Shown here: positions 46,009 through 56,691 of the stretch, in pieces | Numbering within the stretch: the stretch's first letter is position 1 | Layout: each line of letters begins with the position of its first letter | The notes under the pieces: model-generated | Seen by the model: the letters and a program-made list of their open reading frames with translations, nothing else | The model's database searches: none | What the model was told of the DNA's origin: nothing | Assembly: GCA_963753595.1 (NCBI GenBank) | Contig: CAVWCX010000019.1 | Location: 1 to 64,000, forward strand | Length of the DNA stretch: 64,000 nucleotides | From: Candidatus Methanoperedenaceae archaeon | GTDB lineage: Archaea > Halobacteriota > Methanosarcinia > Methanosarcinales > Methanoperedenaceae | Direction: 5' to 3' | Translations under genes and position numbers: made by a program

Positions 46009-49000
46009 CTATTTCCTCCTCCCTATTCCCATCTTCATCTTAACATCCTCTACATCCCAATCCTTCACAAGCTCACCCTCTGCCTCAACCTCAGGGCCTA
46101 TCGCCAATGATTTCGCGCGCACCTCACTTGCAATGAAATCCTTCATTTCAAGAACAAGTACAGCAACCCTCTCATCTTTGATCTCCACGGCTGCCCTTAT
46201 CTCCTCTTCCACGGCAAGGTCTAACTCCTTTCGCATATCCTGAATCCTGCGTATGACTTCGCGTGAATAGCCTTCGGATTCAATTTCCCGCGTGAGCTCT
46301 GTATCAACATACACATCGCCTGCTGAAAATCCCGCGGCGGCAATGGCAGGCGGAATCAGGTCTTTAAAAGTCACCATTTCTGCGGTGATCGTCCCGGCTT
46401 TCAATTCGAAACTTCCGGTTTCCAGAATGGATTTTTTTATGGCTCTGCCGTCTGCCGTCTTCAATTCAGCAATGACTTTTCCTGCTTCTTTCTTAAAAGC
46501 AGGACCAAGAGCCGCATGATTGGGCAGGACTTCAACTCCAAGCTCACTGAAAGTTTCACCAATATTTAATAATACGATCTCTTTGGCATTTGTCTGTTCC
46601 TTCAAAACAGTTTCAAGGTCCAAAACCGCTTCATTTACGATCTCATTTTTTGGCGCAACAACAATTTTCTTGACCGGCCATCTCAATTTGCGTTTGAGTT
46701 TCTGCCTTGCATTTGAGGAGGCTTCAACAATTTCCCTGATGATATCCATCCTCTTTTCAAGCTCAAGGTCAATAAATTTCTCATTTGGCCCCTGCCAATC
46801 GCACATGTGAACACTTTCGGGCGCAGCCGGATGGATATTTCGCACAAGGTTCCCATACATCTCCTCGGAAATATGGGGCGCAAAAGGCGCCAGCACTTTT
46901 GTCAATGTGACAAGAACTTCATATAAAGTATAATATGCTGCCAGTTTGTCAGGATCGTTCGCCTCTGTCCATGTCCTTGGTCTTATAAGCTGTATATACC
47001 AGCGGGAGAGATCTTCAAGAATAAATTCCGATATTGGACGCGTGGCTTTATGAAGATTGTACTCAGACATTGCAATTTCAACCTTCTTGATCAGGCTTTG
47101 CACTCTTGACAATATCCACCTGTCCTCAACTCGAAGCGGCAGTGTGGCAAGACGCTCTTTTGTATCAACCGGATTGAAATTATCAAGGATCATATAAGGC
47201 AGCGGGAACCTATACACATTCCAGAGGATGTTGAGCATCCTGTTAATTGTCCCGACTTCTTCCCATATAAATTTCAGGTCATCCCATGGCGCATTCTGCG
47301 AAAGCACATATAAACGAAGGGATTCTGCCCCATATTTGTTAATAACATCATCAGGAGAAACCACATTGCCAAGACTCTTTGACATCTTCTTTCCTTCAGT
47401 GTCCAGGGTAAAACCATGCATCAGGACGCTCTTATAAGGCGCTTTCCCGAAAGAGACCATGCTTGCTCCCATCTGTGAATAGAACCAGCCGCGTGTCTGG
47501 TCATGGCCTTCAGTGATAAAATCAGCAGGCCACCATTCCTTATACGTTTGAGCATCGCGCGGGAAATTCAATGTGGCCCATGATGCCACTGCTGAGTCAA
47601 ACCAGACATCGAACACATCAGGAACGCGGCTCATTCTCTTTTCGCATTTACTGCATTTGATATGGATATTATCTACATAGGGCCGGTGAAGGTCTGTAAG
47701 ATTTTTCACACCAGACCTGTTCTTCAATTCTTCCATTGTTCCCATTACTTCTACTTCGCCGCAAAAATCGCATATCCATACAGGGATCGGGATACCCCAG
47801 TACCTCTGGCGGGAAATGCACCAGTCACGAGATCCTTTTACCCAGTCGGCAAAACGGGCAGAACCCGCCCATTCAGGGTACCATTTCACTTTCTTTATCT
47901 CCTCAAGCATTTTATCCTTAATGTCCGTGATCCTCAGGAACCACTGCTCTGTGGCAAGATATATTATCGGGGTCTTGCATCTCCAGCAATTTCCATACCT
48001 GTGGGAGATCTTCCCGCTTGCCAGCAGGAGACCTTTTTCAGAAAGGTCATCAAGCACTACTTTATTTGCTTCCCTGACATGCATTCCTTTGTACTCACCT
48101 GCTTCCTCGGTGTATTTTCCATCAGGCCCGACAGGACAGAAAATTGGAAGTTTGTGTTTCATTCCCAGTTCAAAATCGTCAATACCGTGACCGGGGGCAA
48201 TGTGAACACAGCCTGTATTTTCAGCAGTAACAAAGTCTGCAAGGTAAACATTATGAGGGAACGTATTCTGTTTGGGCACCTTGTGGCCAAGAGGGGCTTT
48301 GTATTCTATCTTAAGATCTTCACCCAGAATCGTCTCAAGGATCTCAGATTTCTGGTATCTTCCCTGTTTCAGGACATTTTTCAGGAGCTCTTTTGCCAAT
48401 ATCAGTATCTCTTCCTTTTCGTTCTTGAACACTCTTACTTTTACGTATTCAAACGAAGGATGGACCGCCACAGCGATATTGGCGGGAATTGTCCAGGGAG
48501 TTGTTGTCCATATTACGATAAAGGTATTCTCTTCATTTACGACCGGGAACTTGATATAGACCGAAGGGTCGGAAACATCCGAATATTCAACCTCGGAGTC
48601 AGCTATGGCCGTTTCACATCTGGGACACCAGTTTACGACCCTTAAGCCTCTTTCAAGAAGGTTCTTTTCATTCGCTTTTTTTAGCGTCCACCAGGCAGCT
48701 TCAATATATTCATCGCGCAGTGTCATGTATGGGTCTTTCCAGTTGAGCCAGACACCCAGATTCTGGAACTGGAGAGTCATTTCATCACGATGTGAAAGGG
48801 CAAATTCCTTGCATTTTGCCACGAAATTCCCCACACCGTATTTCTCAATGTCTTTTTTTGATTTGAATCCAAGAACCCCTTCGACTTTTACTTCTATGGG
48901 AAGGCCGTGCATATCCCATCCTGCCCTGTCAAGTACATGGAAACCGTTCATGGATTTATAACGCAGGATCGAATCCTTTATAATTTTGTTCCAGGCAGTT

Positions 49001-49167
49001 CCAAGGTGTATACGTCCTGTAGTATAAGGTGGACCATCAACGAAAAAGAATTTCTTCCCATTTGCCCTTTGTTCTCTCACCCTGGAATAGGCATCAATTT
49101 CATCCCATAAATTATGGATTTTCTGTTCAAGTGATTTAGCATCATATTGCCCGGCTTCTTTTAGCAT
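46009..49167 (-). CDS. ileS: Isoleucyl-tRNA synthetase
   Basis: [52 protein letters not shown]. Confidence 0.98.
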   Translation of the reverse strand: MLKEAGQYDAKSLEQKIHNLWDEIDAYSRVREQRANGKKFFFVDGPPYTTGRIHLGTAWNKIIKDSILRYKSMNGFHVLDRAGWDMHGLPIEVKVEGVLGFKSKKDIEKYGVGNFVAKCKEFALSHRDEMTLQFQNLGVWLNWKDPYMTLRDEYIEAAWWTLKKANEKNLLERGLRVVNWCPRCETAIADSEVEYSDVSDPSVYIKFPVVNEENTFIVIWTTTPWTIPANIAVAVHPSFEYVKVRVFKNEKEEILILAKELLKNVLKQGRYQKSEILETILGEDLKIEYKAPLGHKVPKQNTFPHNVYLADFVTAENTGCVHIAPGHGIDDFELGMKHKLPIFCPVGPDGKYTEEAGEYKGMHVREANKVVLDDLSEKGLLLASGKISHRYGNCWRCKTPIIYLATEQWFLRITDIKDKMLEEIKKVKWYPEWAGSARFADWVKGSRDWCISRQRYWGIPIPVWICDFCGEVEVMGTMEELKNRSGVKNLTDLHRPYVDNIHIKCSKCEKRMSRVPDVFDVWFDSAVASWATLNFPRDAQTYKEWWPADFITEGHDQTRGWFYSQMGASMVSFGKAPYKSVLMHGFTLDTEGKKMSKSLGNVVSPDDVINKYGAESLRLYVLSQNAPWDDLKFIWEEVGTINRMLNILWNVYRFPLPYMILDNFNPVDTKERLATLPLRVEDRWILSRVQSLIKKVEIAMSEYNLHKATRPISEFILEDLSRWYIQLIRPRTWTEANDPDKLAAYYTLYEVLVTLTKVLAPFAPHISEEMYGNLVRNIHPAAPESVHMCDWQGPNEKFIDLELEKRMDIIREIVEASSNARQKLKRKLRWPVKKIVVAPKNEIVNEAVLDLETVLKEQTNAKEIVLLNIGETFSELGVEVLPNHAALGPAFKKEAGKVIAELKTADGRAIKKSILETGSFELKAGTITAEMVTFKDLIPPAIAAAGFSAGDVYVDTELTREIESEGYSREVIRRIQDMRKELDLAVEEEIRAAVEIKDERVAVLVLEMKDFIASEVRAKSLAIGPEVEAEGELVKDWDVEDVKMKMGIGRRK

Positions 49168-49268
49168 ATAAATAATCTCCAAGGTAATGAGTGGTTAGTA
49201 AGGCGATGAAGCAATTAAAACCTTATGGTACTGTAAGCTTTAATATGTTTAACGTCTAAAAATAATAC

Positions 49269-49667
49269 ATGACAAAAGTTGAAGTTCTTCTTGCAACAGA
49301 TGGTTCCGAATCCGCGAAAAAAGCAGAAATTGCAGCTTTAAAAATCACACAATCATATAACATCCGAATGGCGGCTCTCTATGTGGTGAATGTTCCTTCC
49401 ACACCCGAACAGGCTGAATTGATAAAATTCGGTGAAAAAGTCCTGGACGAAGTGGCCGAAGATGGAAAAAAGATGGGGATAGAAATCCAAAAAATATTAA
49501 AACTTGGAAGCCCGGCTGAAACTATCCTTAATGTGGCAAAAAGCCTCAACGTCCATACAATCGTGATGGGCTCCGAAGGGAAAAAAGGAATTAAGAGAGT
49601 ATTCCTAGGAAGCGTAGCCGAGAACGTGGTAAGAAATGCACAATGCAGCGTCCTTGTTGCAAGATGA
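49269..49667 (+). CDS. Universal stress protein (UspA family)
   Basis: ATDGSE, GSPAETI, VMGSEG, LGSVAENV. Confidence 0.93.
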   Translation: MTKVEVLLATDGSESAKKAEIAALKITQSYNIRMAALYVVNVPSTPEQAELIKFGEKVLDEVAEDGKKMGIEIQKILKLGSPAETILNVAKSLNVHTIVMGSEGKKGIKRVFLGSVAENVVRNAQCSVLVAR

Positions 49668-49703
49668 CATATTTATATGAATCATATGAATTGAAGGAGT
49701 AAC

Positions 49704-50111
49704 ATGAAATATACAAATATCCAGATCTCAGCAGATTCAAGTGCAAAAGATATTGCCCCCTTTGCACTGGCAATTCATGAACTTCTGGGGCTTCCGGTCA
49801 CTATGAGAAGCCTGAATAAAAAAGGGGTCAGGATCGAAAAAGGAAAGATCCTTGATAATGATTATTCCGGTCCCATTCTTGAAACCGTCCTGAAAGAAAA
49901 CAAGACATCACGAACAATTCCCACCAGCGGCAAATACGCCGGAATTCCTGTTATTGTGACACCAATAAGAAACCAGGAAGGTTATGGCATTGCTGCCATC
50001 GGGGTTGTTGATGTTGTAGGTACGGTAGACCTTGGTTTCATATTTGGCGATTATCCTGAAGTGGTAAAACAGGTACAGGAATGCGTGAGGGCGCGCGTGA
50101 CTGTTCCTTGA
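49704..50111 (+). CDS. DUF2111 family protein (methanogen-associated)
   Basis: LPVTMRS...GVRIEKG.I.D.DYSGP.LE, G.Y.GIPV.V.P, AAIGVVD. Confidence 0.8.
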   Translation: MKYTNIQISADSSAKDIAPFALAIHELLGLPVTMRSLNKKGVRIEKGKILDNDYSGPILETVLKENKTSRTIPTSGKYAGIPVIVTPIRNQEGYGIAAIGVVDVVGTVDLGFIFGDYPEVVKQVQECVRARVTVP

Positions 50112-50554
50112 AGCAGCGGATCCGCTTGGCAACAAAAGAGGACATTGATGCCCTTTTGAGTCTTGAAAATATATGTTTCAAGGAAGAAACATTTCATAGA
50201 AGGCAACTAAAATACCTGTTGCAGAAAGCAAGATCGATAGTATTGGTCGCAGAAATTGACCGCAATATTATCGGGTCAATGATAATCCTGTTAAGAACAA
50301 AAATCTTAAATGCAAGGATATATTCTTTCAATGTACATCCGGAACACAGGCGCAGAGGGGTAGCCAGTTCGCTCATGGAAACTGCCTTTGATATATTAAA
50401 GGAAAAAGGATATAAAAATATCACACTTGAGGTAGGGATCACCAACAAGGTCGCCCAGAATCTATACCAGTCAAGGGGTTTTATTGTTGATAAAAAATTA
50501 TTTAATTACTATACTAACGGCGATAATGCGCTGCATCTTACAAGAAAATTATAG
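50108..50554 (+). CDS. RimI-like GNAT N-acetyltransferase
   Basis: ARIYSFNVHPEHRRRGVA, LEV, A.NLY...GF, YY.NGDNA. Confidence 0.88.
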   Translation: MKQRIRLATKEDIDALLSLENICFKEETFHRRQLKYLLQKARSIVLVAEIDRNIIGSMIILLRTKILNARIYSFNVHPEHRRRGVASSLMETAFDILKEKGYKNITLEVGITNKVAQNLYQSRGFIVDKKLFNYYTNGDNALHLTRKL

Positions 50555-50607
50555 TATAAAAATATCAGGATAAAAAAATCATGATCAAGAAATCACGATC
50601 ATGAAAA

Positions 50608-51495
50608 TTACGAAATAAGTGCCTTTATGATCTTTCCATAAATATCCCTGTCAACAGTATCCTCATAGCCGTCATATATACTTGGATTATCATTTATTTC
50701 GATGACCTTATATCCATCCTTTGTTTCTTTTACATCAAGACCATAAAGACCGTTGCCTACGCATTTTGACAGCGTTATGGATATTTCTTTCAATTCCGGT
50801 GAAATAGAATCCCTTGATAATGCAATAGTATCTCCCCATACGTTTTTTCCGTCGATCTTTGATTTTACCTTCCAGCCACCTTTTGGCATGCAATATTTGC
50901 ATAAATAAAGGACTTCATTCCTGAGTATCCCAACGCGCCAGTCAAAGTCTGATTGGATATATTCCTGAAGTACAAGGACTTTAGCTTTCATCAGCAAATG
51001 TTTTGATACTTCAACAAATTCTGTTTCATCCCTGGCTTTTTCGACATGGGACGAAAAACGAGTATATGGTGTTTTAATTATCACAGGCAATCCAAGTGTC
51101 TTGAATATTTTATCAAGAGTTTCCCTTGAATAATCACCATGAAATAAAATAGACTTTGGCGAAGGAATATTATTTTTCTGGAAAAGGTCATGCAGGATCG
51201 CCTTGTTGGAGCATGTCCTGATAGAGTGAGGGTCATCGATGACTTTCAATCCTGATTGTTCTGCAAGTCTTGAAACAATGTATGCAGAGCTGCTCGGATC
51301 AGTTGTGGCTCTTATGAAAAGGGCATCATAATCCGGGATTTTCGAAATATCGTCTTTATAGATAAATTCAAACGCATGCCCCATCGATTCTGCGGTGGAC
51401 TTGAATTTATTCAGGGCGCTGCGTTCAGATTTAAGATTAAAGTTATAGGCTTCGACAAAACAGGCTATTTTCATTTTTTTCTCATGTTTTAGCAC
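50608..51495 (-). CDS. RimK-like ATP-grasp ligase
   Basis: DALFIRATT, VIDDPHSI, FSSHVEK, QEYI..DFDWRVG, GLYGLDVK, VIEINDNP. Confidence 0.9.
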   Translation of the reverse strand: MLKHEKKMKIACFVEAYNFNLKSERSALNKFKSTAESMGHAFEFIYKDDISKIPDYDALFIRATTDPSSSAYIVSRLAEQSGLKVIDDPHSIRTCSNKAILHDLFQKNNIPSPKSILFHGDYSRETLDKIFKTLGLPVIIKTPYTRFSSHVEKARDETEFVEVSKHLLMKAKVLVLQEYIQSDFDWRVGILRNEVLYLCKYCMPKGGWKVKSKIDGKNVWGDTIALSRDSISPELKEISITLSKCVGNGLYGLDVKETKDGYKVIEINDNPSIYDGYEDTVDRDIYGKIIKALIS

Positions 51496-51501
51496 CTGTA
51501 T

Positions 51502-52164
51502 TTATCGGCTCTTGATAGTTCCTGCACCTATTATCTCGTGCAGTTTATCATGAACGATATCCCACTTCACTTCTTTTTTTGTCGCAGGTTCGCAATGGTT
51601 CAGAACGACTCCGCCATCGTCTATCTGAACAACCAATTTACAAATGGGGATATTGAATACTTCAAAGAATTTTTTAGCAAATTCTGAGGTTTCTTCGTTG
51701 GTTGATTCCCCGAACATTTGTATTATTTCCACCACTTCTCCTGTAAGAGGATGTAACGAGACAGGAAATCTTGCACCCATACTCATTCTCTTTATCATTC
51801 CAGGAAGTTTTGAGCTGGAATCCACCACTTTCATTGAGTTATTGGTAAAAGGATTTACGGCAAACATTACGACCGGAGCATCAATTTCGCTTCGCCCAGA
51901 TGTTACAAGCCTGTAATCGCTGGTGCGAAGGCCATGTCTTTTTGCTTTTTCGATCAAAAGCGGGTTCCTGTATGCATCCATTATTTCGGTACAATTCGGT
52001 GTGACTTCTACTCCAAAGGTTTCAGCATGTGCAGATACATAATAACCCATCCTCAAATAACGGTAGTCATGGTTGATATTAAGTACGCTGTCGTGTACTG
52101 GTTGCCCTAAAAAATTAAACGGATTAGAGTCGCTATCATCTTCGTCTTCACTGACTATAATCAT
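51502..52164 (-). CDS. RimK-like ATP-grasp N-terminal (RLAN) domain protein
   Basis: VLNINHDYRYLRMGYYVSAHAE..G..V.P and C-terminal F..F.IPI pattern; directly upstream of the ATP-grasp gene. Confidence 0.78.
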   Translation of the reverse strand: MIIVSEDEDDSDSNPFNFLGQPVHDSVLNINHDYRYLRMGYYVSAHAETFGVEVTPNCTEIMDAYRNPLLIEKAKRHGLRTSDYRLVTSGRSEIDAPVVMFAVNPFTNNSMKVVDSSSKLPGMIKRMSMGARFPVSLHPLTGEVVEIIQMFGESTNEETSEFAKKFFEVFNIPICKLVVQIDDGGVVLNHCEPATKKEVKWDIVHDKLHEIIGAGTIKSR

Positions 52165-52256
52165 TTTTGATATCAGTCCGTTACCATATCATTATAATCT
52201 GAGTATAAATAAGTAACGGCTTGCAACTCTGGTTTCCAGTGAAATCACCTAAATAA

Positions 52257-52316
52257 AACCAACACGAACAAACTCCGATAGCGGGAGTTCGTATCAGTTC
52301 GTTCGGGTTAGTTGTT
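52257..52316. repeat. REP-like imperfect palindrome, copy 1 (overlaps the ccmF stop)
   Basis: ACGAAC-rich left arm and GTTCGT-rich right arm; near-identical to the reverse complement of 62629-62659. Confidence 0.7.
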
Positions 52317-54677
52317 CTTTGACTTTGTTCTCACTGCCATTATCAGGATTATTCCTATTGCAAAAAGTACAACGCCGATCCATGCAAAATTCACAGCAGG
52401 AATTATTTTCAAAGTGAGGGGAACAACTCCGCCGCCAAGACCCTGGAATATTACATATATGTCGGTCCCTGTAATGCTGCTGTCAACGAGCGGGAATGTC
52501 CCGCTTCCGCTCTGTGATTCAAGGTATTCAGCGACTCCGCCCCCTATTTTCTTGTTATCCTGGTAAACTTCAAGCTGGACGCTCTGGACATTATAATTGC
52601 CCGAAGCTGTCCCCTCTGTGATCTGTTCCGGGTTTGAGAAAACAATGAGGGCGCAGGGATTTACTGTTGTGCAGGGTGAACCTGTAGAATTACTTGAGAA
52701 ATCTTTCATGAGGAAACCTTCTACTGTAAGTTCCATTCCTTCCTGGAATTCAATTGGCGTATCTGCCTGTGCAGCAGCCCATAGGCTTCCTGTCCCGTCA
52801 TTTATCTGCAAATACTTATAATTAATAGAAGGCGGGGATACGACTTTTACCAATTTTCCGCTGATTTTTACATTATTATTGGCATATTCGTCGGGACTCC
52901 CGTATATTTTCGATATGCTTATTGTTCCTGCCGGAAGATCCGTGGTTTGCACCAGGCTTCGGGTTGAAAAATCAATTATTTTTATACCATAACCATTTCC
53001 GATATCCGCTAATTGTCCTTTTGACGCCAGCGGTATATTGGCATTTTCGATGGTCTGGGTAAAATTTGAGCTTATGATGGCGCCAAATAAAATAAATACT
53101 ACCCCAAAATGCACTACCGCTATGCCAATACCTTTGATTTTGGGTCTTATGCTTTCGATCCGAAGATATTCCCTGAGGCGCCGGATGGTTGACCATGCCG
53201 CATATATCATGGATGGGAAAATAGATATTACTGAAATATTACCAATTATCTTATAAAGAGCAGGCTCTCTTGCCCAGAAAGGGCTATAATGATCAAGCAC
53301 ATAAAAGTTCTCTGTTCTAAGGAACATGGTTATTATTGACAAACCAGTTACTATGAAAAGTATTTTTTTCTGCTCTTCTTTCTCCTTCTCATTATAGTTT
53401 AAGCAAAAGCCAAGTGCAAGCATCAATATTATTGTGAATGGATAGCTCCAGATATTGAAGAAATTCTTGGTATCAGAGGCGACTCCCACTTTGAGCCCCT
53501 GCGTGATCTGTATGAACGCGGGGAAGGAAATGCCCCAGAATGAGATAAATGCCAGAACCACGAACAACAACAGTGTAACATAGAAAATATTCGTCTTGTT
53601 CCAGAATCCGCGGTCTTCCTCCAATTTGTCCGGTTCCTCAAAATAACGCCGCAGACCCAGTATGATGGATACAAGCGTTGTGATCCCTATAAAAACCAAA
53701 AGCAAAGTACCTGTTGAACTGTCACCAAAAGCATGGACCGAATTAAAAATACCGCTCCTGACAACTATTGCGGCATAAAGTACAAGAATGAATGAAACAA
53801 CCGCAAGTATTGGCGCAGCTATTGAAAATGTCGCCTTGTTCTTCCTGTGAAGAGCCGCAGCATGCATAAAAGCCGTAAGCGTTAACCATGGGATAAAAGA
53901 TGCAGTCTCAACAGGATCCCATGCCCAGAATCCGCCCCAGCCCAGTACAAGGTATGCCCAGACGCCCCCTACAGCTATACCCATTCCCAGGAACAACCAG
54001 GTAAACCGCGCCCACTGCCTGCCAAGTTCTTCCCAGCCGTCTTCTTTTGTGAACAGGTAAACGATTGCTGCTGCAAATGGTATTGTCATAGTCGCATAGC
54101 CGATGAACATAAGAGGTGGATGGACCGTCATCCAGAAATTTACAAGGAGGGCATTAAGGCCATTGCCAACTTCAGGAACAAAATCAGGTGGCAGAGTCCC
54201 TTTTGCGATCATGTCAACTACTTCAGGCCGCTCGATTATAAGCTTAAAAGGTGATTGCACAAGGGTTATTATAATAAGATACATTCCCGAAAGAAGAGTA
54301 ATTATCTGGGTCCTTCGTGCAAGGGCAGTTTTATGGTTTGTTGTCACAGCGAGCCATGCAGCAGACAGGTACACTACCCAGACCCATAGGAGGTATGTGC
54401 CTTGCTGGCCAGCCCATGTACCGGATATTTTATAAATAAGAGGAAGATCGGCACTTGAGTATTGCCACACATAATCGTAAGCGAAGTCACTGTATACAAA
54501 ATAATATGTAAGGAGAATGTATGAAAACGTGAGAAGCCCTGCCCCCGCTATTATTGCGGGCGTTATAAGCTTATTTAACAATTCGATATTTTTTATTTCC
54601 CGGGATATTAATCCCACAAGTGCAATAACGCTAACTGCAAGACTTGCATAAAGTAATGTGTCACCTAATGGTATCAT
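52308..54677 (-). CDS. ccmF: Cytochrome c maturation heme lyase CcmF/NrfE with an inserted OB-fold (NrfJ-like) domain
   Basis: WAGQQG, GNGLNALL..WM.VHPP, WGGFWAWDPVETAS, RSGIFNSVHAF, VHFG; extra domain YLQINDGTGSLWAAA...VEGFLMKDFSS. Confidence 0.9.
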   Translation of the reverse strand: MIPLGDTLLYASLAVSVIALVGLISREIKNIELLNKLITPAIIAGAGLLTFSYILLTYYFVYSDFAYDYVWQYSSADLPLIYKISGTWAGQQGTYLLWVWVVYLSAAWLAVTTNHKTALARRTQIITLLSGMYLIIITLVQSPFKLIIERPEVVDMIAKGTLPPDFVPEVGNGLNALLVNFWMTVHPPLMFIGYATMTIPFAAAIVYLFTKEDGWEELGRQWARFTWLFLGMGIAVGGVWAYLVLGWGGFWAWDPVETASFIPWLTLTAFMHAAALHRKNKATFSIAAPILAVVSFILVLYAAIVVRSGIFNSVHAFGDSSTGTLLLVFIGITTLVSIILGLRRYFEEPDKLEEDRGFWNKTNIFYVTLLLFVVLAFISFWGISFPAFIQITQGLKVGVASDTKNFFNIWSYPFTIILMLALGFCLNYNEKEKEEQKKILFIVTGLSIITMFLRTENFYVLDHYSPFWAREPALYKIIGNISVISIFPSMIYAAWSTIRRLREYLRIESIRPKIKGIGIAVVHFGVVFILFGAIISSNFTQTIENANIPLASKGQLADIGNGYGIKIIDFSTRSLVQTTDLPAGTISISKIYGSPDEYANNNVKISGKLVKVVSPPSINYKYLQINDGTGSLWAAAQADTPIEFQEGMELTVEGFLMKDFSSNSTGSPCTTVNPCALIVFSNPEQITEGTASGNYNVQSVQLEVYQDNKKIGGGVAEYLESQSGSGTFPLVDSSITGTDIYVIFQGLGGGVVPLTLKIIPAVNFAWIGVVLFAIGIILIMAVRTKSKNN

Positions 54678-54680
54678 GTT

Positions 54681-55160
54681 TTATCTCCTAACGTCATCCC
54701 TTATTTTCGTAACAATCGGAAGTAAATAATTTGCATCAACCGATCCCGGTACCCTCTGCAGTATATTACCCTTCGGGTCCATGAAAATAAGATAGGGAGG
54801 ATAGCTTACCCCATATTGCCGGGCGACCTCCCTGTCGATATCAAGGTCCATTGATACAAGAACATAGTCTTCCTCAAGGATCTTCTTTACCTGGGGATTT
54901 CCCAGTGTATTTATCTGGAATCCGGCGCAATACTGGCACCATATAGCCCAGAAATACACCATGACAGGTTTATTTTCCTGCTGTGCGATCTGGAAACCTT
55001 CTTCAAGCCCGGAAGCTGCGCGGTGAAATTTTATGCCGCCAAGATAACTATTCTTATCATCGCTGAAAGTAAAATTTTTAAGCGCAGTAGTATAAGTTAA
55101 ATATGCAAATAACAAAAGTAATACCAATACAATTATCGACACGAGTTTTTTGGTTCTCAT
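54681..55160 (-). CDS. Membrane-anchored thioredoxin-fold protein
   Basis: N-terminal TM, WAIWCQYC, YGVSYPP. Confidence 0.88.
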   Translation of the reverse strand: MRTKKLVSIIVLVLLLLFAYLTYTTALKNFTFSDDKNSYLGGIKFHRAASGLEEGFQIAQQENKPVMVYFWAIWCQYCAGFQINTLGNPQVKKILEEDYVLVSMDLDIDREVARQYGVSYPPYLIFMDPKGNILQRVPGSVDANYLLPIVTKIRDDVRR

Positions 55161-55279
55161 ATGTTCTTTCCTATTGTTTTGAATCGAATATAAGTATATA
55201 TGTTTTTAGTGGGTGTAAACTCTGATTTTATCCCGTTTTTTTTCTTGTGAGTCCCGAAAAAATTTCCCGCTGCCCTTGG

Positions 55280-56689
55280 TTATATTATTGGTAAAGTCAA
55301 AATCTTAAATCCAATTATCAAATAAACGATAGCAGTAAATCCTACAGCTATCATACTTTGCTGCAATTCGTTTTCATCGTGTGAATCCCTTTTGCTGATG
55401 AGATACCCGGCCCACAATGTAAATATAAAACCGCAAACCAGGAAGACTAACTGCAACCTGTTGATCGTATCAAAATCTGGTGAAAATTCCCATATTTTCC
55501 CGAAAAAACTTCCAATACTGGCCGCTATAAAAAACAATCCTTTCAAAAGGCGGAATGTGTTTTCAGCAAGATATACCGACAAGCTCAGGGGGATGAACGC
55601 ATAGGATAATTCAATAAATTTTTGCTTTGCGTTTTTTCCAAAAGTCGCCCTTGAGGAAAGATACATTAATCCTGCCGCGCCAAGTGTTAAAAGGAAAAAT
55701 ATAATGATAGCCCACATATTTCTCCAGTACATGTCAAGGAAAGCGATCGAATCAACAGGAAGAGTCGATTTGACAAAACTAATTATCACATTCCTGAATT
55801 GCAGTCGCTCCATACCCAGTACAAATAAAAATATAATGATTATCCCATGTACAAGAAATGCTTCATCAAGATGAGGTTTCTTTGAATGGATGAGATCCGC
55901 TCCCGGAAGCCTGGGGCTTATACGGATATTGCCCTTTGAACATGATTTCACACATTCCATGCACATGATGCACTGGTTATTCCTCTCCATTGTCGGGGGA
56001 ACCTCACCTACAGGGCATCCTTTTCCTGCCTTGTTTCCGATTATGCATTCTTTGATGTCATGATCATGGCATATTTTTTTGGACTTGCATCGAAGTTCAA
56101 TTGCCGAAAGCATTGAGAATAAACCAAGCACAAGCCCGATCGGGCAGATGTAACGGCAGAAACTTCGTTTTTCATACACCGCTCCCATCACTATGGCAAG
56201 TCCCGTAAAGAAAAGAAGAAGATATGCGGTATTGGGTGGATTTCTTGTAAACTGGAACAGGTGGCGCTCGGCTGCAAAAATAATAAGGAAAAGTATTACT
56301 GCTATCCAGAGATTCCGGTACTTTTCAGGATATTTCCTGTTAAGGCTGAAAACAGACTGCGTCCATTCTCCGATCGCCCCTATTGGACATGCAAAGCACC
56401 ACAGCCTTCCCACAATTAATATGGTAAAAGCAAGCAATGGATGCCACAGATCCCATATCATTGTAGTTGCAAATGGTATTCCCCCATGGAATCTCAGGTC
56501 GGGTTCACTCGAAAGACCAAAATAAATTATAATCAAAAGAAAAATAAACAGGAAAAAGTTGACCAATGGTTTAAAGAACCTGTTCTTCACAAGATCTTTG
56601 AAAAAATAAACATCAAGCAGGTCATATTTTTCTGTGTTCCCGTGATTGTCTGGATTTTCGTTTTTTCCAGTCTCTTTTTTATTTACCAT
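55280..56689 (-). CDS. Polytopic 4Fe-4S membrane protein (NapH/MauN-like)
   Basis: GRLWCFACPIG, RSFCRYICPIG, GCP, CIMCMECVKSC. Confidence 0.88.
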   Translation of the reverse strand: MVNKKETGKNENPDNHGNTEKYDLLDVYFFKDLVKNRFFKPLVNFFLFIFLLIIIYFGLSSEPDLRFHGGIPFATTMIWDLWHPLLAFTILIVGRLWCFACPIGAIGEWTQSVFSLNRKYPEKYRNLWIAVILFLIIFAAERHLFQFTRNPPNTAYLLLFFTGLAIVMGAVYEKRSFCRYICPIGLVLGLFSMLSAIELRCKSKKICHDHDIKECIIGNKAGKGCPVGEVPPTMERNNQCIMCMECVKSCSKGNIRISPRLPGADLIHSKKPHLDEAFLVHGIIIIFLFVLGMERLQFRNVIISFVKSTLPVDSIAFLDMYWRNMWAIIIFFLLTLGAAGLMYLSSRATFGKNAKQKFIELSYAFIPLSLSVYLAENTFRLLKGLFFIAASIGSFFGKIWEFSPDFDTINRLQLVFLVCGFIFTLWAGYLISKRDSHDENELQQSMIAVGFTAIVYLIIGFKILTLPII

Positions 56690-56691
56690 AA

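Noticed and set aside
47662-48645. 327-aa plus-strand ORF
   Set aside because: It is an antisense shadow of ileS with no recognisable motifs.
52178-52219. CCGTTAC...GTAACGG inverted repeat around the RLAN promoter
   Set aside because: Only 7 bp with a 28-bp spacer, which is compatible with chance.
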